A stretch of 64,000 bases of DNA from Nitrospirota bacterium (GTDB taxonomy: Bacteria > Nitrospirota > UBA9217): contig CAVVUN010000015.1 in assembly GCA_963751455.1 (NCBI GenBank), forward strand, positions 1,248,001 to 1,312,000, read 5' to 3'. The translations under genes and the position numbers were made by a program. Below, one piece after another: positions 9,433 through 19,509 of the stretch. The notes under the pieces were generated by a model that saw only the letters and a program-made list of their open reading frames with translations, ran no database searches and was not told the DNA's origin. The stretch's first letter is position 1. Every line of letters starts with the position of its first letter.

Positions 9433-10671
9433 ATGGCCCACCCCAGGATACTCGCATTCGTTCTTGCCGGAGGCAAAGGGGAGCGCCTTTTTCCCCTTAC
9501 CGAATTCCGCTCCAAGCCGGCTGTTCCGTTCGGCGGCCGATACCGCATAACGGACTTCGTGCTGAGCAACATGATCAACTCCCGCATCTATTCGCTTTAC
9601 CTTCTGGTACAGTACAAATCACAGTCCCTGATCGAGCATGTGCGCCAGAACTGGACCATGTCGCCGCTGGTACGCGACCATTTCGTTACGGTCGTCCCGC
9701 CCCAGATGCGGATGGGCCCGGACTGGTTCCAGGGAACGGCGGACGCTGTTTTCCAGAACATCAACCTGATTTACGATTACGATCCAGAAGTGATCGCCGT
9801 GTTCGGATCAGACCACATTTACCGGATGGATATACGCCAGATGATCGATTTTCATCTCGATAAGAAAGCAGTCGTGACAGTCGCCGCCCGGCCCGTGCCG
9901 CGCGAACAGGCTTCGTCGTTCGGGGTAATCGTGACCGATCAGGAGAAGCATATCACCGGTTTCCTGGAAAAACCGGCCGATCCTGTGCCCATGCCGGGCG
10001 ACCCCGGCCGCGCTTATGTCTCCATGGGGAATTATATCTTCAGCAGGCAAGCCCTGGTCGATTCGTTGATAAAGGCAGAGGAGAGGAAACAGCATGACTT
10101 CGGCGCCCATATCATTCCCGGACTTCTGGAAACGGGCAGGGTTTTCGCATACGATTTCGCAGAAAACGTGATTCTAGGGACCATGCCGTACGAGGAGAAG
10201 GGCTATTGGCGCGACGTGGGCACACTGCCCGCCTACTTCGAGGCCACCATGGATATGCTCGGAGAATTTCCGAAATTCGAGCTTCGCAACCGGCTGTGGC
10301 CGATCCATCCTCCCCAGTACGACGCGCCCTCCGCCAAGATAAACGCAGGCAAAATCCGGAACAGTGTAATATCGGAAGGGGTGGTAATCGGGAATGCCGA
10401 GATCGTGAACTCGACGATCAGGAAAAATGTCGAGATCGAGGACGACGTCTCGATCGAAGACTGTATCATCATGGACCATAGCGTGCTCAGGAAAGGGTGC
10501 CGCCTGAGAAGGGTGATTGTCGACAAGTTCAACACGATCGCGGAGAGAGAGGAAATCGGGTTCGACCCGGAGAAAGACCGGCGTTACTGCGGCTGTTATC
10601 TCGATCCCTCCGGCCTTGCCGTTATTTCCAAGGGGGAGCGCCTGATGAAACGCCTGAAAGGGTTCCGCTGA
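9433..10671 (+). CDS. glgC: glucose-1-phosphate adenylyltransferase
   Basis: LAGGKGERL, KPAVPFGGRYRITDF, GTADAV, DHIYRMD, YWRDVGT; AGGAGG RBS at 9421. Confidence 0.97.
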   Translation: MAHPRILAFVLAGGKGERLFPLTEFRSKPAVPFGGRYRITDFVLSNMINSRIYSLYLLVQYKSQSLIEHVRQNWTMSPLVRDHFVTVVPPQMRMGPDWFQGTADAVFQNINLIYDYDPEVIAVFGSDHIYRMDIRQMIDFHLDKKAVVTVAARPVPREQASSFGVIVTDQEKHITGFLEKPADPVPMPGDPGRAYVSMGNYIFSRQALVDSLIKAEERKQHDFGAHIIPGLLETGRVFAYDFAENVILGTMPYEEKGYWRDVGTLPAYFEATMDMLGEFPKFELRNRLWPIHPPQYDAPSAKINAGKIRNSVISEGVVIGNAEIVNSTIRKNVEIEDDVSIEDCIIMDHSVLRKGCRLRRVIVDKFNTIAEREEIGFDPEKDRRYCGCYLDPSGLAVISKGERLMKRLKGFR

Positions 10672-10688
10672 CAGCGTTTTATTTTGCT

Positions 10689-10846
10689 ATCCCGCGACTT
10701 GGCATCCCCCGGTCCATACACTCCCGCCGGGGGTGGAAAGCGTTTACTCGCACGTGGCTCGAACGAGCCATACAAGCGCGAGTGCGCAGTCCCGGGAGGT
10801 CGCGTTGTTCGAGGGAGCCTCCGGCTCCTGCCGAGGAAGCTCCACT
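10689..10846. repeat. structured GC-rich element, copy 1 of 3
   Basis: ATCCCGCGACT...GGGAGCCTCCGGCTCCTGCCG...GCTCCACT also found at 12442 and 58163. Confidence 0.85.
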
Positions 10847-11117
10847 CCGCTGTTTCGGCCCGGTTCAGTGCATCAGGTTGAGCTGCCTTACGAGCTCTTT
10901 TAAACGTCACTTCTTCTGAATAATTCAGCCGGACCACTTGTTTTCTTTGGACCGGCATAGAGGTTTAAAACGGGGAAGGAACGGCGAATTGTGTCTCTGT
11001 TTCGAATTGAGAGCTCAGCGAGAGGGGCTTTGCCTGTTGTACTGTACCCCGAGGCTGCAAAGCGTGCCCTCCGGTTCTTAGGGGGCTCAACGGTCTCCAT
11101 CAGCAGACCGCATTTTA

Positions 11118-11408
11118 TTATCGGGGCTGATAGGTGGAACAATCGGCATGGCCCTTGTGGCTCGCCACATGGATGCCTGGCGCCGCACATTCCAGAGATT
11201 TATTGAATGTGCAATCGGATTCCTTGCACGCGCCCACTGAACCGGTTATTTCCATGGCGCCGCCTTTTTGAGAAGATTTAAAAAAGGTATCGCACATGGC
11301 GCAGTCTCCGTCGCCTACGGTTATGGCGACGGCGTGACATTGCTTGTTGTTATTATAGGAGCAGTCTGTTACTTCACAGTCCAGCACTTTTGGTGTTTGT
11401 ACGGCCAT
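11118..11408 (-). CDS. DUF1540-type tandem Cys-rich protein
   Basis: two C-x4-C-x2-N-x4-C-x-A..I..C-x-T-F/Y repeats; AAGGAGG RBS; TTGACA-N17-TATGCT upstream. Confidence 0.8.
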   Translation of the reverse strand: MAVQTPKVLDCEVTDCSYNNNKQCHAVAITVGDGDCAMCDTFFKSSQKGGAMEITGSVGACKESDCTFNKSLECAAPGIHVASHKGHADCSTYQPR

Positions 11409-11519
11409 AGGATGCACCTCCTTAATTTGAGAGGCCCTCCTCGCTGATATGACGAGCATAGAACCCGGCGCATGATCTGTCAATCCACGAAAAGTTGCAG
11501 CAGGATAAGGGGTTGTATT

Positions 11520-11794
11520 ATCCGCAGATTGCACAGATTTAGCAGATCGATTAAATTAAAGCTGAAAGATATTAATGAGAGGAAAGATCTAGAAACCTTT
11601 ACTTCGCATTATCTTTAAATTTGAGTCAAGTTTTTGAGAAGCTAAAAAGCATTTACCGCGAAGGCGCGAGGAGCGCGAAGGAAACCATACGACAAAATCT
11701 TATTTCTGGTTTAAACCCGTTTCAATTCCTGCTTTCCTCGCGTCCTTCGCGCCTTCGCGGTTCCAAGGTATTTTTTGTGCTGTAATCTGCGGAT
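11520..11794. repeat. CGCAGAT-family element with a nested CGCGAAGG-family element (11655-11761)
   Basis: atccgcagattgcacagatt...taatctgcggat; inner accgcgaaggcgcgaggagcgcgaagg / cctcgcgtccttcgcgccttcgcggt. Confidence 0.75.
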
Positions 11795-11798
11795 GGGA

Positions 11799-12374
11799 TT
11801 AATCTGCTTCGGCTATGATCCTTTTCGCCTTCTGGTAATCCTTATTTCGCGCGGTTTCCAGAAACATCCTGACGAGTTCGAGAACATTGCGGTAAAGGAG
11901 AAAATTTGCGGAGAGCTTTTGAAACAGATCCCGGTCGGTAAATTCCGAAGCAAGGCTGTACGAGCGCTGACCCTGAAGCAGGTAATGTTCATACAAACTG
12001 CTCCCGGGGATGATCAGTCTGCCAAGGATGAATTCTTTGCCGGTTTTCCTGGCAAGGGCCATAGGAAACATTCCGAGCATGAAGAGCGTATAGTCTCCGA
12101 TGTGCTTGTGGACCTGAAATTCTTTGGCGAAGCTCGGCGCATTGAGACGGACGTCGCCTTCAACAAGCATGTCTGCAATGTCCTCCAGCGGCTTGCCTGA
12201 CGAATTCCGGATTCTGAACAGATTATCGGAATGAATGAATCCGCACAGAATATGGTCCTCCAGATACTCCTCAACACCGGCTTTCTCCGCCGGATTCACA
12301 CTGAACCCGAAGTCCAGCGCCTTGCGAAACAATTTGCGAAGCGGATGGTCAGAGTTCAATTCTTTTTCATCCAT
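11799..12374 (-). CDS. conserved hypothetical protein
   Basis: 191-aa ORF with GGAG RBS; HKHIGDYTLFMLGMFP...GQRSY block looks like a family motif. Confidence 0.75.
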   Translation of the reverse strand: MDEKELNSDHPLRKLFRKALDFGFSVNPAEKAGVEEYLEDHILCGFIHSDNLFRIRNSSGKPLEDIADMLVEGDVRLNAPSFAKEFQVHKHIGDYTLFMLGMFPMALARKTGKEFILGRLIIPGSSLYEHYLLQGQRSYSLASEFTDRDLFQKLSANFLLYRNVLELVRMFLETARNKDYQKAKRIIAEAD

Positions 12375-12441
12375 CTTGTTACCGTCTCCATATTTAAAAA
12401 AGCAGCACTATAATATTACCCCCGCAGCTCTTCTCAAGTCA

Positions 12442-12550
12442 ATCCCGCGACTATGAATCCCCCGGCTCCCGCCGGGGAGATATGCGACGTTACCCGCGGG
12501 AGGTCGCGTTGTTCTGGGGAGCCTCCGGCTCCTGCCGGAGGGGCTCCACT
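12442..12550. repeat. structured GC-rich element, copy 2 of 3 (short form lacking the central arm)
   Basis: same terminal blocks as 10689-10846 and 58163-58311. Confidence 0.85.
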
Positions 12551-12674
12551 CGCATCGCTGAACAAAAGAAACGATACAGCAACCCCTTGAAACGGTATTG
12601 TTTTTTCTCCAGCATTGTGTTAAGTTTCTTAATCTTTTCATCTTACCGTGTAAAGTTCGAATACCAGCCACACT

Positions 12675-13322
12675 ATGACAGGATCTCAAAAAAAAAATAG
12701 CGCCGGTCTTTCGAGGCGGCTGCACTTTAACGAGGATGAACGGCGGTTGCCATGGCTTCCGATGCTGCTTGATGCGTATGCGATTATTGACACGGGCGTG
12801 GCAATAGCTGTGCGCGACGAGGAAAAAAAGCGGAAAAACAAGCTGGCCTGCACGAAAGGCTGTGGAAACTGCTGCAGCCATCAGCAGGACCTGCCGCTCT
12901 ATCCCCATGAACTTGTCGGAATTTACTGGTATGCAGCGGAAAAACTTATCCTGCCCGGGAGGGATGCTTTAAGGAACAGGCTTGCGGGTCATAAGCCCGG
13001 TTCCGGATGCCCGTTTCTGATTAATGATGCCTGTTCCATTCACCCTGTCCGGCCGGTCGGCTGCAGACAATTCAACGTTTTCTCGAGTCCATGCCTGCCC
13101 GGCGAAGACCCTTATTACACCAGGCGGCATGATGTCCTCGAACCCATCGTGGAATATACGGACCGTGCTTTCGAAGCTGTTCTGCCGTTTTACAACATGA
13201 ATAAGCAGGGAGACACCTCGAAGGGGATACGAATCGTTCGCTCACAGATCATGAATATTCATTCATTCGATTGGACAAAACTTGTCTCAATTATGGACCA
13301 GCCGCGTCAAGCGGCCGAATAA
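12675..13322 (+). CDS. YkgJ-family CxxCxxCC cysteine cluster protein
   Basis: CTKGCGNCC ... CPFL...CSIHPVRPVGCR. Confidence 0.85.
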   Translation: MTGSQKKNSAGLSRRLHFNEDERRLPWLPMLLDAYAIIDTGVAIAVRDEEKKRKNKLACTKGCGNCCSHQQDLPLYPHELVGIYWYAAEKLILPGRDALRNRLAGHKPGSGCPFLINDACSIHPVRPVGCRQFNVFSSPCLPGEDPYYTRRHDVLEPIVEYTDRAFEAVLPFYNMNKQGDTSKGIRIVRSQIMNIHSFDWTKLVSIMDQPRQAAE

Positions 13323-13391
13323 GCTGATAAGAGGAGCAGCTTTTAGGAGCTTAAATTCCTTCCAAAAAAAATCTGACTATCCCGATAAATA

Positions 13392-13420
13392 TTGACTTTT
13401 TTATACAAAAGTCACATAAT
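13392..13420 (+). promoter_or_regulatory. sigma70 promoter overlapped by a palindromic operator
   Basis: TTGACT-N17-CATAAT containing TGACTTTT-N6-AAAAGTCA. Confidence 0.55.
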
Positions 13421-13533
13421 TAAGCGCATATCAGTGAAGTTCAAAGCTCAAGGATCGGTTCCATCATTTTCCGGAGAGAGGCCGGATTGAACGGGCCGGG
13501 TGGGTGCCCCATGTTTTTCGAAGGAACCAGGGA

Positions 13534-16437
13534 ATGAAGCGAAAGATTATTCTGCTCCTGCTGGTATTGTTTCTCTTCTCCTCTCTCGGAGCAGGATTAA
13601 CCATCCTCTATATCAGAAATTCAACCAGTACGCTCAGCCGTCTCATTACTCTTCATCAGGTAGAAGACCTCCGGCAGCACCTCATCCTGTCCATTCATTC
13701 CGTTCAATCCGACCTTTATACCGTTAACACGTCGCTTGCAAAGAACCGGCAAGTGGCAGCCGACAATATCAGAAATCTGAAGCAGGCGGCGGGACAATGC
13801 TCGGAATGCCACCATACGCCCGAAGTGGCAAAGCGCATCGAGGAGATCCAGGCGCAGATCCGGCAATACGAAAGCAAACTTGTCGCCTCCACGAAGGTTT
13901 CATTGGACAGCCGGGTCTTCAGCAAGCTGAGACTTGATGCAGCGGCAACAGGTGATGATCTCCTGCTAAGAACTGCCGGCATGTCTGCAGCGGCAAAAAG
14001 CAAGCTCCAGCTCATGAGCAGCGATGCCATGAATTCCATAGGCAAGGCATGGTTGATTCTGTCCGTTGCGGTACTCATGACCTTTTGTGTCGCCGTTGTC
14101 GTGGCAGTGAACCTGACACGATCCATTACTCGTCCCTTCAATACGCTGATGGATGCCACGATGACGATTTCGTCCGGGGGGCTCGGGTACACGATCCCCT
14201 CGAACGATAAAACCGAGTTCGGCCGGCTGGCCGCCCACTTTAACGCGATGAGCGCCGCATTGAAGAACGGGTACGACAAGCTTCAACAGGAAATCCATGA
14301 ACGCAGGCAAACCGAAGAAGCGCTGGTAAAGTCGGAAGCCTTCCTCAATACGATCTTTGACAGCATCAGGGACCCCTTCTGCATCCTTGATAAATCGTTC
14401 AAGGTTATACGGGCCAATCAGTCTTATGCGCAGATGAAGAACGCAAAGCTCCAGGACCTGATCGGCGGGACCTGCTTCGACGTCCTCCATAAGAGAAACC
14501 GTCCGTGCGATGATTGCATCATAGAAAAGACCTTCAAATCCGGAGATTCCTGCGCCAAGGAAAAAAATGTTGCGCCCGTGGGGGCGGCCGTACAGACGTG
14601 GGTCCAGATTTTCACGTATCCGATTCTCGACCCGAATGGTACGATTACGCATGTGATCGAGTATATCCGGGACATCACGGAGCAAAAAAGAACCGAAGCG
14701 GCGCTTCGCGAAAGCGAGGAGCGGTACGCCCTCGCCGCGCGCGGCGCTAACGACGGGCTCTGGGACTGGGACCTGAAGAACAACAGGATTTATTATTCAT
14801 TCCGGTGGAAGTCGATGCTGGGCTATGGGGAAAAAGAATTCAGCGACCATCCCGAAGAGTGGTTCAGCAGGGTCCACCCGGATGATCGCGACGAACTGAA
14901 AGCGAAGATTTCGGCGCACTTAAACGATCGCAACCCGCATTTTGAGAGCGAGTACCGAATCATGCACCGCGATGGAACATTTCGGTGGGTACTGTGCCGG
15001 GGACTTGCGGTACGGGACAAGAACAATCGCGCGTCACGCATGGCCGGATCGCAGACGGACATCACGTCTCGGAAGAAGGCAGAGGAACAGCTCCTCTACG
15101 ACGCCTTCCATGACGACCTTACGGGTCTGCCGAACCGGGCCCTGTTCACGGACCGGCTTCAACACGTGATCCACACGTTCAAGCGCCGAACAGGCGATCT
15201 GTTCGCCGTTCTCTTTCTGGACATGGACCGTTTCAAGGTCACGAACGACAGTCTTGGTCATACCATAGGGGATGAGTTGCTGATAGCGGTAGCCGGAAAG
15301 CTGTCGGATTGCCTGCGTCCGGGAGATACCGTTGCTCGTCTGGGCGGAGATGAATTCGCCGTGCTTCTGGAGAACATCAAGGAACAAAAGGACGCGATCG
15401 AGGTTGCGGAACGGATTCACGCGAAGTTTACAAAGCCCCTGCTCGTAAAAGGCCATGAGGTGTTCACCTCTGTCAGTATCGGCATCGCACTCAGCTCGCC
15501 GGATTATGAACGTCCGGAGCAGATCCTGCGCGACGCAGACATTGCCATGTATCAGGCCAAGTCGAAAGGCAGCGCCGGGTACGAGATATTCGACAAGAAG
15601 ATGCATGCCACCATCCTCGACCGGTTGCAGCTGGAGTCGGACCTGCGACGGGCCTTGGACCACGGGGAATTCCTGCTCCATTATCAGCCGATCATGGACT
15701 TGAGGAGCCACCGCTTGATCGGATTCGAGGCGCTCGTACGGTGGGAGCATCCGAAAAGGGGGATCATCTATCCGCTTGATTTCATTCCTCTCGCCGAGGA
15801 GAACGGCCTGATCAACAGCCTCGGAGACTGGATCACGCGCGAGTCGTGCAAGCAACTGCAGAAGTGGCAGCGGCAATATCCAATGTCTCCCCCGCTTACC
15901 ATGAGTATTAATATCTCGAGCAAGCAGTTTTTACAGCCGAATCTGATCGACAAACTCGAAAGCGCGGTCAAAGAGAACGGTCTCGCTGCCTCAAGCATTG
16001 CACTTGAAATTACGGAAAGCATGATCATGGAGAATATCGACATGGCGATAACGACCATGGAGCGGTTGCGGGAAATGGGATTTCATATCTATATCGACGA
16101 TTTCGGCACCGGGTATTCTTCTCTCAATTACCTGCACAAGTTTCCCGTTACGGCCCTGAAGATAGACCGCACCTTCGTGAACAAGATCTCTATGAGCGGC
16201 GAAAACCAGGAGATCATCATGTCGATCGTTTCCCTGGCAAACAGCCTGAATCTCCCTGTTATCGCCGAGGGAGTAGAGCTTTCGCACCAGCTGTCCCGGA
16301 TCAAGGAATTGGAGTGTCAATTCGGACAGGGCTTCTTTTTCTCGGAACCTATGGAGTCGTTCGCAATCGACAAATGGATCAAGGCAGATATGACGGGTAT
16401 GATTGAAAAGGATGGTAAACGGAATTCAAGCTCTTGA
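13534..16437 (+). CDS. membrane diguanylate cyclase/phosphodiesterase (periplasmic heme-c, HAMP, 2 PAS, GGDEF, EAL)
   Basis: TM-CSECH-TM; RLGGDEF; FEALVRW; IDDFGTGYSS. Confidence 0.92.
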   Translation: MKRKIILLLLVLFLFSSLGAGLTILYIRNSTSTLSRLITLHQVEDLRQHLILSIHSVQSDLYTVNTSLAKNRQVAADNIRNLKQAAGQCSECHHTPEVAKRIEEIQAQIRQYESKLVASTKVSLDSRVFSKLRLDAAATGDDLLLRTAGMSAAAKSKLQLMSSDAMNSIGKAWLILSVAVLMTFCVAVVVAVNLTRSITRPFNTLMDATMTISSGGLGYTIPSNDKTEFGRLAAHFNAMSAALKNGYDKLQQEIHERRQTEEALVKSEAFLNTIFDSIRDPFCILDKSFKVIRANQSYAQMKNAKLQDLIGGTCFDVLHKRNRPCDDCIIEKTFKSGDSCAKEKNVAPVGAAVQTWVQIFTYPILDPNGTITHVIEYIRDITEQKRTEAALRESEERYALAARGANDGLWDWDLKNNRIYYSFRWKSMLGYGEKEFSDHPEEWFSRVHPDDRDELKAKISAHLNDRNPHFESEYRIMHRDGTFRWVLCRGLAVRDKNNRASRMAGSQTDITSRKKAEEQLLYDAFHDDLTGLPNRALFTDRLQHVIHTFKRRTGDLFAVLFLDMDRFKVTNDSLGHTIGDELLIAVAGKLSDCLRPGDTVARLGGDEFAVLLENIKEQKDAIEVAERIHAKFTKPLLVKGHEVFTSVSIGIALSSPDYERPEQILRDADIAMYQAKSKGSAGYEIFDKKMHATILDRLQLESDLRRALDHGEFLLHYQPIMDLRSHRLIGFEALVRWEHPKRGIIYPLDFIPLAEENGLINSLGDWITRESCKQLQKWQRQYPMSPPLTMSINISSKQFLQPNLIDKLESAVKENGLAASSIALEITESMIMENIDMAITTMERLREMGFHIYIDDFGTGYSSLNYLHKFPVTALKIDRTFVNKISMSGENQEIIMSIVSLANSLNLPVIAEGVELSHQLSRIKELECQFGQGFFFSEPMESFAIDKWIKADMTGMIEKDGKRNSSS

Positions 16438-16464
16438 TTTCCGGGCTGTCTCTGCTTAGGAGTG

Positions 16465-17502
16465 CTAAACCGGTATCGATTTTTTAACCTGTTTCGCGAA
16501 CTCTTCCTTCCCTCCGGAATTTTTGAATGCCTCAACAACCCGTCCCCGCTCCGAGGTAAATCGCTCGTGTCCCTGTTTTCGCGCCTGTTCGATCGTATTC
16601 CATTTTCCGGTATTTCTGAATTCAGCGTACGCCTCCCTGAGTTCGGGGAAAAGCGCTTTTCGGAACCCCTCCATCAGCGCGATGGACAAGGCCAGGGCTG
16701 CCTCGTCCCCGGCAGCGATGATATTTTTAAGCGGTCCTCTATCCGAAGTATCGGCTATCAGGTCCTTAATCGCCCGGAGATAGTGCTCGTTCGTGCGGTC
16801 TCCGGCGGCCCCGAGGATTTCTTTCCAAAGAGGCGCCGCCTCAGTGAATTCGGCGAGCTCGTGATACAGCACGATGTCGGCATAGCGGATTGCCAGTCCT
16901 TCAAGTCTTTGTTCGAGGGTACTGTCCATGATCGCGCGGCGCTGAAAGCCGTACAGGGCAAGCGCATCTTCGAGCAGCTGGTTTCGTCCGGCGTTCAATT
17001 CAGAAAACTTGAAATGAAGCATGATAAGCAGCGGTTCAAGCCGAAGGAAGACGGTGCTTCCCTGGAGCATTGCAGGCGCGGTAAACAGGTCTCTCGCATG
17101 TTCGAGGCCGGATGTATGTACGGTCACGCCTGACAGCTCTTTCGTCTCTTTCAATTCAGCCAGAAAAAAGGTGGGCTTCATGTACATCCCGTAGCCCGCG
17201 CCGTATACTAGCCCCTGCGGCCGGAGCGCCCTGTTTATGGCGTCCACATCAAAGGGCTGAAATGTGCGGCCCTCGACGTTCAAGTCGCGGAATTGCTGCT
17301 GCTCCAGCTCGGGCCAGCGGGACTCCTTTTCATCGATCCACGACGCGATGTCCTTACGATCGATATTCGACCAGGCCTTGAGGCCCTTTTCCGAGCGATA
17401 GAGCTCCCGGTAGCGAAGGAGAAGACCGCAAATCGAGAAAAACCCCCAGTACCCGGCATCGGAGACGTCGCAGTTAAATTTGATGTCATCTTTGAAAGCC
17501 AT
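16465..17502 (-). CDS. conserved hypothetical protein (Sfum_1244-like)
   Basis: N-terminal NCDVSDA.YWGFFSICGLLLRYRELY and GLVYGAGYG..KPTFFLAEL resemble this family as recalled. Confidence 0.7.
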   Translation of the reverse strand: MAFKDDIKFNCDVSDAGYWGFFSICGLLLRYRELYRSEKGLKAWSNIDRKDIASWIDEKESRWPELEQQQFRDLNVEGRTFQPFDVDAINRALRPQGLVYGAGYGMYMKPTFFLAELKETKELSGVTVHTSGLEHARDLFTAPAMLQGSTVFLRLEPLLIMLHFKFSELNAGRNQLLEDALALYGFQRRAIMDSTLEQRLEGLAIRYADIVLYHELAEFTEAAPLWKEILGAAGDRTNEHYLRAIKDLIADTSDRGPLKNIIAAGDEAALALSIALMEGFRKALFPELREAYAEFRNTGKWNTIEQARKQGHERFTSERGRVVEAFKNSGGKEEFAKQVKKSIPV

Positions 17503-17565
17503 CTGGATTGGATCCCTTCTGATAATCTGATATTATCATTATTTATCAACCGGAATAAAAAGTAA

Positions 17566-17672
17566 ACCCCGTTAGAGAATAAGTTAGTTAACTATGGACA
17601 TTGCGGATTATACCACAATCTCTAAGTGTAAAATATCAATGCCTAGGGCGTGGCGGTTTTCTCTAACAGGGT
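17566..17672. mobile_element. short MITE-like element
   Basis: accccgttagagaa / ttctctaacagggt, 13/14 inverted match. Confidence 0.55.
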
Positions 17673-17859
17673 AAATGAAAAACCGGAAAAAACAACGTTT
17701 TTGCAAAAGAATTGCGCATGCGGATGGGCATAAGACAAACAACCTATCCTGCCGTTACTTGACATGCATAATTCGAGAGCTATAGTTTATGTATCTTTTG
17801 CAGAAGCATTGTTGTTCGGTTTTTCAAAGAAGAATATCATAACAAATACGGAGGAGGCT

Positions 17860-18306
17860 ATGAATAAGTTATTTGCAGGACCAGCGTTAATAACGATCAT
17901 GACGGTGCTGACAGCAGGAATCGCAATGAGCCAAATGGGCGGCGGTATGGGAGATCAGGGGCAGATGGGCGAACAGGGTCGCGGCATGGGTTCTCAGCAG
18001 TCACAGCAAATGATGAGCAGCCAGATGATGAGCCAGACGATGATGCGCGACATGTCCGGCATGATGGGCCAGATGAACCAGACGATGAACAGGATGTCCG
18101 GCATGATGAAGCAACAGCAGATGAATATGGACCAGGCAAAGACGATGTCCCGGATGATGGATGATATGTCGGCGAACATGAAAGAGATGTCCCAGCAGAT
18201 GGCCCAGGGCAAAATGGATCCGACAGTCATGAAGCAGATGCAGGAGCGCATGAAAACCGTGAACGAGTCCTTTGAAAGGATGCAGAAACAGGGTAAGCAG
18301 CCATGA
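17860..18306 (+). CDS. exported Met/Gln-rich low-complexity protein
   Basis: GGAGG RBS, signal peptide, about 35 Met in 148 aa. Confidence 0.8.
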   Translation: MNKLFAGPALITIMTVLTAGIAMSQMGGGMGDQGQMGEQGRGMGSQQSQQMMSSQMMSQTMMRDMSGMMGQMNQTMNRMSGMMKQQQMNMDQAKTMSRMMDDMSANMKEMSQQMAQGKMDPTVMKQMQERMKTVNESFERMQKQGKQP

Positions 18307-19088
18307 GCCTGCGGGCAAAGAGCTTCGAAATAAATCTTCGGTTTCTCAAAAGGATGACTATTTGGACCGCTCGCTTTATTGTGGCGCTGCTGCTGATAAC
18401 AGCCATCTCTGCTCCCGGATGGGCTCAGGACGGCCGAAAATACGTCGAAATAAGCGGTGGTTACTTGACCGGTGATTTTGGGACTCCGTTAAAGAGCGAT
18501 CTTTACTATATTTCGCCCGCGATCGGGTATGTTGCACCCCGCTATGAGGTCACTATCACGGCGCCTTATCTGCGTCTTACCAATGAGTTAGCCGGTCAGA
18601 CAAACACAGAGTCGGGCATCGGCGACATCTTACTGAGAGGCGGCTATGTGCTCATGCCCGAGACCAACGGCGGTACGTCGCTTGACGGTTTGTTTGCAAT
18701 AAAAATACCCACTGCCGACGAAGCCAAAGGACTCGGCACGGGCGAGACCGACCTCGGAGCTTCCATAAGCCTCCACCAGCGCTTTGAAAAATATAGAATG
18801 AGCCTGATGGGCGGGTATATCAAGATCGGCGATCCGGCCTTGGTCGACTTCAATGATCTTTATGTGTACGGCATCGGCATCACCAGAGAGTTTCGCACCA
18901 CGGAAATCTCCGCATCGTTTGAAGGACGGCGCGCCTTGCTGCCGGGCTCGGATGGTCCCCAGGAAATCCACCTCAGGTTCTTCCACTTGCTCAATCAGGA
19001 TTATTCGATCAAAGGCGGCGCATTTGCCGGTCTGAACGACGGCGGCCCGGATTTCGGAATGAATTTTGGAATTGTAAGATGGTTTTAA
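18303..19088 (+). CDS. outer-membrane beta-barrel (MetA-pathway/transporter-like family)
   Basis: signal peptide, SGIGDI, KIPTADEAKGLGTGETD, C-terminal F; ATGA overlap with upstream gene. Confidence 0.7.
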   Translation: MSLRAKSFEINLRFLKRMTIWTARFIVALLLITAISAPGWAQDGRKYVEISGGYLTGDFGTPLKSDLYYISPAIGYVAPRYEVTITAPYLRLTNELAGQTNTESGIGDILLRGGYVLMPETNGGTSLDGLFAIKIPTADEAKGLGTGETDLGASISLHQRFEKYRMSLMGGYIKIGDPALVDFNDLYVYGIGITREFRTTEISASFEGRRALLPGSDGPQEIHLRFFHLLNQDYSIKGGAFAGLNDGGPDFGMNFGIVRWF

Positions 19089-19509
19089 CTCCGGCATTTT
19101 AGGGAACGACGTATCCCAACTGTCGTTATTCTTGAATGCTTAAATCCAAAATCCAGAAGCCATCAAAAACTTTACCGCGAGGGCGCCAAGAGCGCGAAGG
19201 AAATCATTACCCAGCGGCAGGCTTTATTGTATAAAATAAAACTGCTTGCTATATCTGGGAATATTACACGCTGATGGTTCGCGGAGCAGGGAAGAGAGCT
19301 TCTTTATCAATCCCGGTCTGCGGGGAGCGATCAATTATATATAAGTCCGGGCTGCAAGTTGTGCCAGGCCTAGCATTTCCGATCGGCATTGGGGCCTCTC
19401 ACGGAGAATACAGCTTTATCTTTCTTTTGAGCGTCCATTCATTATTCTGATCCCGGCCCTCGGCAATCTGACGGCGAGCAGCGCCCCCGCTGACTGCCTA
19501 TCGATTAAT

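Noticed and set aside
10689-10846. Known riboswitch, SRP RNA or group II intron domain V
   Set aside because: Diagnostic consensus motifs not found, and position relative to genes is inconsistent among copies
10850-11115. ncRNA or ORF between the structured element and the DUF1540-type gene
   Set aside because: Only a weak 7/8 hairpin; ORFs lack RBS and motifs
19353-19367. sigma54 promoter TGGCAC..TTGC on the minus strand
   Set aside because: GG-to-GC spacing is 8 rather than 10
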